A stretch of DNA of 64,000 nucleotides from Octopus sinensis (Eukaryota): contig NC_043020.1 in assembly GCF_006345805.1 (NCBI RefSeq), positions 30,318,001-30,382,000 of the forward strand, given 5' to 3'. Each line of letters begins with the position of its first letter. The first letter of the stretch is position 1. The notes under the pieces are model-generated. The model saw only the letters and a program-made list of their open reading frames with translations. It searched no databases and was not told where the DNA came from. A program made the position numbers and the translations under genes. Shown in pieces: positions 27,181-40,770 of the stretch.

Positions 27181-27371
27181 TGGCAAAGTTTTTACAATTG
27201 GATCCCCTGACAAAACTGACAAAAGCCTTGTGAGTGGATTAGGAGAGACAGAATCTGACAAAAGCCTGTCGTATATAAATAAATGTGTGTGTGTGTGTGT
27301 GAGGGTTCCCAACATCACTCTCCAAAGTTTCTTGCTTGATGTGATCTTTCAGGTGACAGCAAAAATTTCTT

Positions 27372-28045
27372 TCAACCCTTCATGGGTCGGTAGGGTCCCT
27401 TTGGGACCCCAGCAAATTTTAAAAGTTATGCAACTTTTACATTTTTTTATTTAAATGATTTTATATTTCATGACTTTTATTGACAATAGTTTATGGATGC
27501 ACAGACGAATTTTGAGTTAAAAATTTCCAGACACATGGATGTTATAGCATAAAATATGGTCATTGGAGTCCAACAGGACCCTATTGACCTTCTGTAAAAT
27601 TATTATTATCATTTTTTTTTTTAGATATTCTGGTGAACGATAAGTCAATTGCCTTCGTATTTGTTCTGATATGAATTGATATATTAAATAATTTTACTTT
27701 AATTTATATTTAGTGCTGTATGTATAGTTTATAAAACTATAAAAAATATTGATTTCTTTCAATAAAGGTTTTTTTTAGTCAATAAATTACATTTTAATTC
27801 CCCTCCATTAAATGCTAATAATTACAAATATATACCTATAAAGTGCTAAACTTCTTGTTCTGTGTCATACACTCACACACATATATATAGAAGATTAAAC
27901 AAACATTACTTTATGGATTAGGGGAGACAAAAACTGAAAAAAGCCTTGTGATTGGATTAGGGGAGACACAAAAATAAAAGGGGGTTCCATGGGACCCCAA
28001 TGGATTTTTGTGTAATTCCAACCCTGCTGGCCCACGAAGAGTTAA
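27372..28045. mobile_element. piggyBac-like non-autonomous element
   Basis: Left TCAA|CCCTTCATGGGTCGGTAGGG versus reverse complement of right end TTAA|CTCTTCGTGGGCCAGCAGGG; subterminal GGGT(T/C)CC-nnn-GGGACCC palindromes near both ends. Confidence 0.65.
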
Positions 28046-28157
28046 TCAAGGCAAATTTAATAACATATCTGAGATAAATTTCCATCTAATTAGAATTTTG
28101 GCCATCTGTATGTAATCAGTGGATTGAGGTGACATTTAGGATGGTCATAGATGGAAA

Positions 28158-28419
28158 TAATAATAATAAATGCGCCCTTTTAAAGCCTAGCCAGGCTCAT
28201 GGGCCCAGTTTCCCTGTTTCTATGGCGTATGTGTTCCCCAGTTGGACGGGACGCCAGTCCATCGGAGCGTTACTCATTTTTGCCAGCTGAGTGGACTGGA
28301 GCAACGTGAAATGAAGTGTTTTGCTCAAGAACACAACGTGTCGCACGGTCCAGGAATCGAAACCACAATCTTACAATCATAGTGCTGACACCCTAACCAC
28401 TAAGCCACATGCCTCCACC
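28158..28419 (-). mobile_element. Full-length family K SINE with 12-bp TSD
   Basis: CATAGATGGAAA at 28146-28157 and 28420-28431; A-box TGGCTTAGTGG, B-box GTTTCGATTCC, (TTA)n tail. Confidence 0.9.
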
Positions 28420-30957
28420 CATAGATGGAAAGCTAGAAAAATAACAGACTGACGTCTGCTCAGTTCTGGATGGTTCAACAAAAGCATCGAATTTTACCAG
28501 AGTTTCATTCTAAACCTTTTCTGGTTATATTAAATACATTCACAACGTGGGATTTAGTAACTAATTTTATCGTTAAGCTGGTCGATTAGAACATAACAAA
28601 AGGTTCCTTACATAAAAATATAATGGAAGTTTTTAATTTAAACATGAACTCCTTAAAACGATCGATTTTTTTTTTTTTTGTGCTCCAGAAAGAGAAAATG
28701 TTAGAGGCATGTTGGGATTGAAAAAGTTCAGATGAAAATCTCCATCACATCCATAAAATTTGTAAAAATATTTCATTTTGTATATCAATACTCAGAAATA
28801 TAATGTTTTAACAGAATCAAATTCATATCTGTTTTCAGGGGCTTATTTCGTTCCCTACTCTTACCCCCTCAACCCCTATTTTTAATTGTTTTCTACCCAA
28901 GACCTTCCAGCAAAAAGCAAGAATTTTTTTTTCTTTTTTTTTTTAAAATAAAAATTCTTCTTTTCACAGGAAATGTATCTATAGACAGGAAATAAATTAA
29001 AAGAAATAAGATACAAAAAAATGAAATATAAAACAAATCTATAGAATAAAATGGTAGGCCATCGAATAATTCCTGATTTCTGCTTCACTCAGACAAACAA
29101 CCAAACTGAAAATAATATTTTACAAGAAAAAGAAACGAATAACAATAATAATAATACTACTGCTACTACAAATAATAATAATAATAATGATGATGATGAT
29201 GACGATAGTAATAATAATAAAATCCATTGCAATCGCTTCGGTTTCTGCATTATATTATTAGTTGCTCAACGAAAGACAAATATTTCTCATCAAAATGGAT
29301 TCTGGCTGTAGAAATGGAAGAGAAAGAGAGGAAGAAAGAGAGAAACAGAGAGAGAGAGAGGGTGAGTGTATGTAGGGGTGGGTGAGGAAGGGGTAGCTTT
29401 TCAGTCATGTAAATATTTGAATACAGTGAAAGGGAGGAAAGGGGGTGCGTGGTGGAGGATGGGACGAGTGTTAAGTAGAAAATACTAAAAAAAGGTTTAA
29501 AAAAACAACAAAAAATAAAAATAGCAGTAATAAATAAATATTAAAAATTATTATTATTATTGCGTTTTTCCTTTTTTTTTTATTTATTACTTTTCTGAAA
29601 CTGACTTAATGAAAAATGTTTCTTCGTTAACCGATAGCAGAACAAATTGTACCATATATGAGTTCATTCTTCATCCACACAGAATCCCTTGGTTCCGTCA
29701 ACATGGCTGCTTGGCTGGATGGATGGCTTCCCCCCTCCCTTCCTCTGCCAACGCCATTGCCACCACCATCACCACCACCCATAGTATTGCTAACGCCAAC
29801 ACTGCCATCACCTTAGCAAGAGATACGCATTGGAAAAGTATTCCTGGCCGAAACTAATCAGAATTTAAGCTAAAATTGACAGAAAAATAAATTTTTTTAA
29901 AAACAAACAAACAAAAAATAAATACCCCTCCCACCTCATCACCAAAAATACTGCAAATATTTGAGAAAAGAGGAAAACTTTTACAACCAGATAAAAAATA
30001 AAAAATAAATACAAACCCGACAAAAACAACCAAAATGGAAATGTTGAAAGAAATATATAAATGTCCCACAAAAAAAACCAAATGGAAAAGGAATGAGGAA
30101 TTAGACATTTGATGGGAAATAATTCGTTGCTCTTAGAGTTTTGGTCGTCCTATTAAAACCTACAACTTGGAATTATAATCTTTTTTTTGTGTGTTTTGTT
30201 GTTGTTGTTGATACATTTGGCAAAGAAGAAGTCAGAAAATTGCAATTGCGGGATATTAATAAATTGGATATTTTGGAAGATATGCATAGGAATTTGGAAT
30301 TTTTCTGGGGTCTTTTTGCTGGTTTTTAAATTTTTTTTTAAGGGGTTTAAATACTCCAATCGGAATGCATAATGATGATGATGATAATGATGATGATGAT
30401 CATGATGATGAAAAGGGGGAGAAGGAAGTTGGTGATGGTGATGATGACAATGAGGGTGATGAAGACAATGATGATGATTATGATGATAATGATGAATATA
30501 ACAACAACATCAACAATGATGATGATGATGATGTCTATCTGATAGTCTTGTAGAACAAACAAACCCAAGCTGAGTAAATGTCGATGGATCCAGAGTCAAT
30601 GAGAGTTTTTATTGTAAATTGTCTGATGAAATGAAACTGAAGCTGATTGGAGGATGTTGTGGACCGTTTCTGTTGATGTGGTAAGACTATGAAAGTCAGC
30701 CTTTGTCACTGATTAAAAATGGAAAGCAGAAAGGAAGGGTAGAAATGTTAGAAATGTTATTGTAACCATTGCAACAGTCATCGTTTTTATAAGCAGAGTC
30801 TCGGTTAATAAATTGTCAGCCATGACTCACTTTGTCTTGGAGGATTTCATTTCATTTGGATAAACTTTGAATAAACTCAAAATACTTCAGCTCTCAGAAA
30901 TATTGGAGATTCTCTTGAGAAGAGAGAAGATAGGTGAGTTGGTGATGAGGGTGAATT

Positions 30958-31023
<66 letters not shown>

Positions 31024-31630
31024 ATCGAGTCTAGTACGGGACTGGCAATTCTTTTATCAACCCTTAAAAGATGAAAGGCTAAGTAAACCTTGGAAGGGTT
31101 CAAAGGAGAAGAAAGCCAAGTGAAACACCACAAGGCATTTTATCAGACATTAACAATGGCACCAATTCATTGCCTGTATGCAAATGCGTGTCAGGTCAGG
31201 TCAGGTCAGGTCATGTTTAAATATTCTACAGTCATCACTGCAAGAGTGGTGTGCTCTGTGGAATAAAGGTATTTTGTTACTAGAGAAACAGGTAGAGTTT
31301 GGCAACTGGAAGAGCATCCGACTGTAAAACCTGACCCCACATAAATCTCTATTGCAACCCATGCTAGCATGGGAAAATGAAGGTCGAAAAACATGAATGA
31401 ATACACATACATACATGGTGTGTGTGTGTGTGTGTGTACATAGCGGAACAGTCATTTTAATGAGTTGTATTTATTTATTTATCACTTGACAAGATACATC
31501 TGCACCACCGGATGCTCCTGAACCAGTTGTTGAGTGTCCCACCCAAGAGGAATCGATGCTAGATGTGTCGAAACGATTGTCATGATTAATAAAAAATTCT
31601 AATATATTCCATCTTCTGTCTTTCATTTGT

Positions 31631-31673
<43 letters not shown>

Positions 31674-31734
31674 TAGATAGATATGTATACATATGTATAT
31701 ATGTGTGTATATTCGTCAGACCTCAGTCAAATCA

Positions 31735-31885
31735 TCCAACCAAGCATGGGTTAGACGTCTGGTGAACAAGATGGCTGCACCAGGCTCCAATCTTGATCTG
31801 GCAGTGTTTCTACAGCTGGATGCCCTTCTTAATGTCAACCACTTTACAGAGAGGACTGGGTGCTTTTTATGTGGCATCAACACCA
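31735..31885 (-). mobile_element. RTE 3'-end copy
   Basis: GGCTGCACCAGGCTCCAATC..CAGCTGGATGCCCTTCTTAATGTCAAC. Confidence 0.7.
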
Positions 31886-32134
31886 TATGAACACACGCAC
31901 ACACAGACAAATGTGCACATATACATGTACAATGAGTGATGATGTATAGTTTCCCCTCTACCGAATCTTACACATTAAGCATTGGTCAGTTTGAGGCAGT
32001 AGTTGAAGACACTTGCCCTGGGATTGAACCAGAAACAATAGAGTTGCAAAACAAACTCTTTAGTGCAATGATATCTTAGCCTTTGTGTGTGTAACAACAC
32101 ACGCGATTTTCTCCAGATTATCTGCCCCTTCCTC

Positions 32135-32296
32135 CTTTCCCTCTTCTCTGGACTTTTCCCTCTTTCCGCTGAAGAGCCACTGCTCGAAACGTCACTTCCA
32201 CTCCTTATTATTCCTTCTGAGCAGCAACCTTATATATTCACCATGTACAACATCTAATTGACTTTTCTTTGTTTCTTCCTGTGTTTTATTTTGTTC

Positions 32297-32300
<4 letters not shown>
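32135..32300 (+). mobile_element. Diverged relative of the 23561-23764 family, decayed hammerhead E at 32166-32193
   Basis: CTTCTCTGGA..TTT-CCGCTGA-A-GAGC(cact)GCTC-GAA-ACGT-C; stem I lost; ends at (TA)n. Confidence 0.6.
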
Positions 32301-32341
<41 letters not shown>

Positions 32342-33218
32342 GTGTGTTAATTAAACGTTGAGAATCAGTGCTTCTTTCTTTCTGTAAATTCCTCAAAATT
32401 AAATGCAATGAAAAACTTTTCCCATAAATCATTGAAAATGAAGCTGGTAATGTGTATGTATCTCTTAAGTGTCAGCGTATACGTTTGTGTGTGTGTGTAT
32501 GACAATGGCTGTGTGTCTATGTCAATTGTGTGCATGTGTCTATATGTGTGTGTGTGCATGTGTCTATATGTGTGTGTGTGTATGTGTCTATATGTGTGTG
32601 TGTGCATGTGTCTATATGTATGTGTATGCATGTGGGTATGTGTACACATGCCTGTCTGTGTATGTATGATGTATATATGTCTGCATGCCTGTGTGTGGTG
32701 TACGTATATGTACCATTGGTGTATGGTGATGTGTGTGCATGTATGTATGTGTGTGTGTATGCGTGTGCATGCATGACTATGCTGGTGAACATATGTACAT
32801 GTGTGTCTATTCCTGTATGTGTATATGTTTGTATTTCTCTCTATATATACTTGTTAGCATCTGCATGTGTGTGTGTGTGTATGTGCATGCACGTGAACAT
32901 GTGTGTGTGTGTGTTTGTACAGAGGTGTGTGTGTGTGTGTGTGTGGTGCAAGAGCCTCTCCAGCTGTGTCCCTCATGTCTGATGATTAATGACAATAAAC
33001 TGGTGTCTGTTGGTCGTTGGTTGGGTAATTCCTGTCCCTTCTCGTTGGCACCGGAATGGAACAAGTGAGTGACTCAGCTTCCCAACTCCACTCCACTCCA
33101 CACTCCACCGCCGCCTTCCTCTCCCCCTTCCCCTTGCAACTGAAACATTTCCACGTCTCATCAATGGAATTCATTAACAACAACAATAATGAGCAATGAT
33201 TTCTAACATTGGCACAAG

Positions 33219-33258
<40 letters not shown>

Positions 33259-33789
33259 GGAGAGGAGAGGGAAGAGGTACAGTTGAATGAAATGAGCTTC
33301 TGTACTTGACGATGATGATGATGATGGTAGAGGTTTTGATCATGTTGGTGATAATGATGATGATAACGATGATGGTAGATGTGGTGATGATAATGATGAT
33401 TGTTATGGTGATGTTGGTGGTGGTGGTGGCAGTGGTGGTGGTGGTGATGATGAAAAAATTAAAAAAACGAAAGAGCATCCAAGCTAGACACAGCCTCTGT
33501 ATTCTATGCAAAGCCCTTCCCATTGAATAGCACAACCAATACCACAACAATCGCCCCCCCCACTCCCCACACAGCCCTTACACCACCCAATCCCCACTGA
33601 ATACTATAACATAAGCCACAACAACACGTACTACCAACTGACACCCAAACACTAAGCACAAACACCTCACAACACACCCGAGACACACCACCACTTCACA
33701 ACAAAACAAACAAGTTTCAATTTTTGGCACAAGGCCAGCAATTGTGAGGGGGAGGGTGGCGGTGGAGGACGGTCGACTACAACGACTCC

Positions 33790-34010
33790 TGGTGCTCAAT
33801 CTTTTGCTTGTTTCAGTCATTAGACTGTGGCCAAGCTGGGGCAGCACCTTCAAGAGCTTTCAGTCAAACGAATCAATCCCAGGACTGTTTTTTTTTAAAG
33901 CTTGGAACTTATTCTTTCAGTCCCTTTTGCTGAACTGCTGAGTTAGAGGGATGTAAACACAACAACACCGGTTATCAGGTGGTGGTGGTGGGGGATAAAC
34001 ACAGACACAA
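33790..34010 (-). mobile_element. Family C SINE 3' half
   Basis: Homology to 1110-1304. Confidence 0.7.
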
Positions 34011-34200
34011 AGACACGTACAAAGATGGAACTTATGGAAGAGGGAGATCCCGGAAGACATAGGAAGATGTACTGAAGGACGACCTCAGGTGAGATGATTA
34101 CTCTATAGGCAATTAGCATAACTATAAGCTCTATAATGGTTACTTGACATGCTAGAAATAGGAACCAAAACCCCACCAGGTCACATCATGCAACTATTTC

Positions 34201-34424
34201 ACCCTTTAGCATTTGAACCAGCCATATCTGGCCCAAATATTTTACTAGTTTTGTGTTGAAACTGACCGGATCTGGCCTCTCACACCTACCCAACAATGTC
34301 ATCCTAAAAATAAACAATCACATCACCGAAATCTCAGAGCTATTCATACAAGATAATAATGCATAATTAATTCAAATTAATAAGCTTTACATTTACCAGA
34401 GTAACCTGAATGTTTAAGGCTTAA
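34201..34424. mobile_element. piggyBac-like MITE (~220 bp)
   Basis: Left ACCCTTTAGCATTT, right GAATGTTTAAGGC|TTAA (degenerate TIR, TTAA at right end). Confidence 0.6.
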
Positions 34425-34809
34425 AAAAAAAAGGGCAGAAGACCCTACAAAAAGTAGCCCCTGGTGAGGCTCCTATAAAAGTAAGGTTGGTCATAGCTGG
34501 AATGTCTGCAGTCATAAATCTGCTCAGTCAGAGCAGACTTGGGATTAAAGAAAGATATAAAAGAATGAAAGAATGAATTTGTAACATTTAAATCTTAGAG
34601 AATTAAACTCGTTAAAAAATCAATAAAACAACAGATACAAGTAAGTGTATTTGCACTTAATGTTTTTAACGAAATCTTTGTAATTATCATATTTATTACT
34701 GCTCATTGTAATTAACAATTATCATAATTGTAATTAATACTATTATCACTCATTATAATTAATATTACCATTACTCACTGTAATTAATATAATTATTATT
34801 TTAGTCGTT

Positions 34810-35105
34810 AGTGTACTCAGCTCATGATCATAAGGTTGGGAATTCAATTCCTGGTGGCTCATTGTGTCCTTGAGCAAGACTCTTTACTTCACATTGCTCC
34901 AGTCCACTCAGCTGGCTAAAGTCAGTTGTGGCTGTGATTCAGAGGGGCCAGCCTTGTCACATTCTGAGAATCTCCCTGAGAACTGCATTAAGGGTACATG
35001 TGTCTGTGGAGCTTTCAGCCACTTGCATGTTAATTTCACAAGCAGGCTGTTCTGGTGATCGGATCAGCTGGAACCCTCGTCATCATAACTGATGGGAGTG
35101 CTCCA
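34810..35105 (+). mobile_element. Family K SINE
   Basis: TTCAATTCC B-box, TGTGTCCTTGAGCAAGAC and CTCCAGTCCACTCAGCTGG core. Confidence 0.7.
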
Positions 35106-35685
35106 GCCTGACATAAACACAAAAGCATATGGAAAGCCTTGTGGTATTTCTTGTGGCCTTCTGCATTCTGAGTTCGAACCCTACTGAAGACAACTCTTTC
35201 TTTCATCCTTTCATGGTCAACAGATAAAATAAAAGACGAGAACTTCTCTCTCTCTCTCTCTTTTGCACCACAGAGAAGCATTAGAGGAAACAACTCACGG
35301 CAGCATCCCATTCCCCCCTCTCTCAGAAATGGAAAAGGGTCGGGCAAGTGCCATTGCCCTCTTCTCGAAGAAAAAAAACTGATATAATCATGGGAACCAT
35401 CCAAGGATGGAATAATTAAGGAACAGCACAAGAGAGAAAAAAATTATTAATATTAATCTCCTGATGAAAAGATGGTGACCCAGCAGAACCATTAGCAGAA
35501 TGCATAGCGGCCTCTCATCCATTCTTATGTTGTGAGTTCAAATGTCACAGGGGTCGACTTAATCTTCCATTTTTTGGGGGGTCAATGAAATAAGTACCAA
35601 TTAAATACTGGGGTCAATGTCATCAAACAAACCCCTCCTTCCAAAATTTCAGGCCTTGTGTCTATAGTAGAAAGGATTAGTATTA

Positions 35686-35719
<34 letters not shown>

Positions 35720-36659
35720 GGTTGGTTGTGTATGCCACATGTGCAATGGAGGAAGTGTAAGGGGGGAGGGGTGTTGCAACAGAAAATAACAAAACTAAAA
35801 AGATAAGAAAGAAACAGTGGGAGTTCCTGTAGAATCGATTCTGAAAAAGCGGGAAGGCAAAACAAAAGTGTTACCAAAGGTATGAATAGCAAAGATAACC
35901 GATTTATTGTGTGGTATGTGTGTAACGTCATCAATAACGAAGACATAAGTTATAATTAAATCTATTTATAGATTTCTGTTAAATTCCACAGAGATAACGA
36001 GTGTAATGTAAACTCGTATACATATTGCAAGGATGTATGTAAGAGACTTAACAGGGAATGGTAAAGCCGAAGAGGCAGAAGAATAAGAATGGTAACTGAA
36101 GAGGAACAGAAGGATAAAAAGGAGAGCGAAAGGGTAAGGAAGAATAAGGGCTTATGGAAGGTAGGAATGGTAAGGAAATGATAATGGAAGGGCAAAAAGC
36201 AGAAGAATAGCAGACAGTGAATGGTAACAGAAGGGTAACGGAGAGTAAGAAGGGTCTTGGAAGGCATAGAATGGTAAAGAAAGGGCAAAAAGCTAATGGA
36301 AGGCATTGAATGGTAATGGAAGGGTAAAACAGGAACTAAAGGGTGCGAAAAAATAATGGAACATCTGGAATGATAATTGAAGAGTAAAAAATTAGTGGAG
36401 GACTTTGGTGAAGACGAAGAAGGGTTACAGAAGGTAGGGGACGGTAAAAGAAGGGTTAAAATGGTAACAAATGGGTAAGAAGGTAACGGAAGGCATGGAA
36501 TGGAAAGAAAATGGAGAAAAGGGTAACAGAAAGGGGAAAAAGCAGAGTTTTGAAAGATCCTCAAATGTTGGAAACAAAACAGGGAGGGAATGAGGGAGGG
36601 GGGGCAGAAGAAAGGAAGGAAGAAAGGAAAGATGGCCAACTGGCTGGTTGGGTGGAGAT

Positions 36660-37060
36660 AGATAGATGGATGGATGGATGGATGGATGGATGGATGGATG
36701 GATGGATGGACTGATGGATAGATAGATAGATAGATATATGGATGGACAGACAGACAGATGATAGATAGATAAGTAGATAGATAGATGGATGGATGGATGG
36801 ATGGATGGATGGATGGATGGATGGATGGATGGATGGATGGATGGATAGATAGACAGACAGACAGATGATAGATAGATAAGTAGGTAGATAGATAGATAGA
36901 TAGACAGATGATAGATAGACAGATGATAGATAGATAGATAGATAGATAGGTAGGTAGGTAGGGAGGGAGGTAGATAGATAGACAAATAAATAAAGAGACA
37001 GATAAATAGAGAGACAGATAGGTAGATGGAAAAGATAGATCTAGATAGAGATAGACAGAG
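36660..37060. repeat. Compound (GGAT)n/(GATA)n/(GACA)n microsatellite
   Basis: Direct reading; source of ORFs 35962-37107 and 36425-37147. Confidence 0.95.
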
Positions 37061-37336
37061 AAATAGATAGAGAGAGCAAGGGAGAAAGAGAGGGGAGAGC
37101 AATACACAAGTGAAACACGATATCAATAAATGCCTCTGGCTTCCCATCTGTATTTAGTAGTTTACACAATCTATTGTTCTTGGATTCTCATGGAATAATA
37201 ATACAAAGTGATTCTGTAAAGACTTTGAAAGAGAATAAACTATAAAGAATGTTAGATGTATACAGCTGTGTGTGTCTATTATACACAATGCTTGTATGTA
37301 TATACATGCATACATACATACATACATGTGTGTGTG

Positions 37337-37399
<63 letters not shown>

Positions 37400-38094
37400 G
37401 TATACAATACACACATGTATATAATACACACACACACATGTATTGTTGTAATTTGAGAGAATCATTCTGTTGTTAGAAATGCATGCATTGATTGTATTTT
37501 CCTCTTTTTTTTTGAGCTTGATTAATTAATTAACTTATTAAATTAATTAACCAACAATACAAAAGAAGTGAAATATAACCAGTGCATGTGTTTTCATTGT
37601 CAGAATGACCCAGCCAAAGGACCAAGACAATATCTCTTTCAGCATAGGATTTCACATCAAGAATTTTGTAAAAGTAAATGCCAAATGAAGTGTGTGTGTG
37701 TGTGTTCTTTTTTAGGCAAACCCATTTGTATTAAAAAACCTTGAAGTGTCGTTGGTTTCTGGTCATCTCAGCCTCTTTTGTGCCACTGGTTTTACAGCTG
37801 ATTGCACTGTAAGGTGCATTCAGGGCTGTGCAACACTTTATCCACTGAAGACAAAATCACACCCAGGAACTTCTGGCAATCTCGGAACATTTCGGAAGTG
37901 GTCTTACTCAGCCATGAGATGACTTCCACAATATATATACATGCATATACACACATATAGATTACACACACACACACATCATCATCATGATTAAACGTCC
38001 ATGTTCTCTGCTGGAATAGGTCGAACAGTTTGACAGGGCTTGGTGAGTCGAAGGACTGCACTGTTCTCTGGTGTCTGCTTCGGCATAAATCCCT

Positions 38095-38240
38095 CAAACA
38101 CTGACCCCCAAAGGTTACACTGGCACAGTTCATCCAGTGTTGGATCTCCTCATCAATGCCTGGCATCTGTGATAGGTAACTGTCCAAATACTGGATGTGA
38201 TCAACATAGAGACACAGCAAGAACACTTTTTTGACCATCT
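38095..38240 (-). mobile_element. RTE ORF2 fragment (end of RT domain), degenerate
   Basis: VDHIQYLDSYLSQMPGIDEEIQHWMNCASVTFG matches the RTE motif VDHF.YLGS.LS....ID.EI..RI..AS..FG. Confidence 0.7.
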
Positions 38241-38399
38241 GCCCCCTTCTGGATCAAAGCTTACTTGGGAATAAAGGGCAACATTGGGCAAAAACAAAGG
38301 AGACACACTGGAGAATGTATTCCTAGGTAGATTATGCCTGGATAAAAGACAAAGGGAGTCATGGATGGGGCTCATTTAATCTCATGTCTGCTGGATTAA

Positions 38400-38990
38400 A
38401 GTTGGTCTAAACACAGACCAAAGATTACAAGACAGGACACACTGAAGAAAGTAGTCTGTGATACACGATGTCTGAATGAAAGGCAGGATGGTCATGGACG
38501 GAACTCCTTTGATCATAATTATATACGATTATAGCTGACCTGTTGCTAAACAACAACAGCAACAAGGAAGAACACACTGAAAAGTGTAGTCCAAGGTACA
38601 TTGCACCCGAATAAAAGACAAGTTAGCAATGGCCAGAAAACCTTTGATCTTAAAGGTCGACTGGATTAGTGCTGACCTGTGGCTAAATAACAACAAGGAA
38701 AGATACATTTGGAGAGTGTAGTCTTAGATACACTGTGAGTAAAGAAAAGACAAGACAGAACAAATAGAAAATACTGGGACAGGGTAGACTTGTGGTGTAG
38801 TAGTAGTAGTAGTAGTAATAATAATAATAATAAGAAGAAGAAGAAGAGGGAGAAGAAGATGATGATGATTTAGTCCTAGAGATACACTTCATCTGAATAA
38901 AAGATAAGAGAGTCGTCAGTAGAACTCCTGTGATTAGACTCCCACAGGGATCAGAGTCAACTCAGGGCTAAACAACAATAACAAAAGGTA
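38400..38990 (-). repeat. Family T repeat, ~138-bp units
   Basis: CTAAA(C/T)A anchors at 38407, 38546, 38683, 38968. Confidence 0.65.
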
Positions 38991-39914
38991 ATTTTGCTGA
39001 TAAAGAATAAAAATAACAACAAAAAAAAGCAGAAAAGAGGAGACAAAACTGACACCATTTATCTTGTTTTTTTTTTTATTAATCACATCCATATCTTAGT
39101 ATTAAGGGGACACACAGACAAAGTGATTATATATAATTATATATAAACACACACATATATATATATGTATACATACACACTCCTATAAAAAAAGAGTGAA
39201 ATATGTGTATTTATATATATATTTATTCACACACACACACACTGTACATGCACAACACAAACTTACACACCAACAGACATGCCCACCCACACACAATGTC
39301 CGCATACACATGCGCACCCCTTCCCCACCAAATGCCAAAGATTAAACACAATAGATGTCTCAAGAATTCCTGCTTGCCATTCCACATCAATGTTAGGATA
39401 TTATTTCTTGGAAAAAAAAAAACAACAAAAAAAAACCCTATATATATATATATATATATAATATATATATATGTATATGTGTGTGTGTATACATATATAT
39501 ATATAAAGATATATATATATATATATATAAAGATATATATATGTATATATATAAAGATATATATATGTATATATATAAAGATATATATATGTATATATAA
39601 AGATTATATATATATATATATATATATATAAAGATATATATATATATACATATACACATATAAAGATGTGTATGTGTGTGTGTGTGTAGATGAATGCTTG
39701 GCTTGTTAGAGAAGAAGTAATGATGAAAGGAAATAAATAGAAAACAAGCAAAAACTCCAAAAACAGAGAAATATTGTGATGGCCAGAAGTGGAAAGGGTC
39801 AGCAGCGAGAAGGAATGGGGGGGGGGTAGGAAATATATATTTTGGGAAGAAAAATAAACGGAAATAAATTCTATGAACCAAACTGAGCACTAATAACAAC
39901 AACAACTATAATAA

Positions 39915-40085
39915 CGGTAATGATGATGGTGGTGATGATGATGGTGGTGGTGATGATGATGGTGATGGTGATGATGATGATGATGATGTGGTGGTGGTGG
40001 TGATGATGGTGATGGTGATGATGATGATGATGGTGGTGGTGGTGATGATGATGGTGGTGGTGGTGATGATGATGATGACAATGAC
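39915..40085. repeat. (TGA)n/(TGG)n trinucleotide tract
   Basis: Direct reading; yields the spurious poly-His ORF. Confidence 0.95.
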
Positions 40086-40520
40086 AATAAAAGTAATACT
40101 GATTTCAATTTTTGTTACAAGGCCAGCAATTTTGAAGGAGGGATAAGTCAATTGCATTGACCCCAGCATTCAACTAACTGGTCCTTATTTTATCGACCCC
40201 GAAAGGATGAAAGTTGACCTCGGTGGAATTTGAACTCAGAACATAAAGATAGATGAAACAATAAGAGTAATATTGATAATAATAAAACGAAATGAAAAGT
40301 GTATTTCTTTCTAGTCACCCCCTGCCTCCAGCCTACCCCCTTCTGGCATAAAAAGAGACCTCACAACACATCCACCTAAACCCCAGAATAAACCCAACCA
40401 TAATAAGACAAAAAGAGAAAAAGACCCTACATTCAGCTGAACATAAATAACAAATCCTTTTTTGATTTGTTTTGTTTTTTACTTCTGTGGAGTATCTCAA
40501 ATATTCCTTAGTTTTAGTAT

Positions 40521-40594
<74 letters not shown>

Positions 40595-40770
40595 AAGAGA
40601 GAAAACAAATAATTATTTTTATTATTAATGAAGGAAAGGCAGATGCTGGTTTTACCTTCCATTCTTACAAAGTTTGTAAAATAAATACCAGCTGAGCACT
40701 GGGGTCGATATATAATCAACTAGACATCCCCACCCCCTGTCAACAGTAATTCCATAAATTCTGAGTCAGA

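Noticed and set aside
35962-37147. Longest ORFs (381 aa and 240 aa)
   Set aside because: Read-through of (GGAT)n/(GATA)n and a purine-rich GAATGGTAA-type degenerate repeat.
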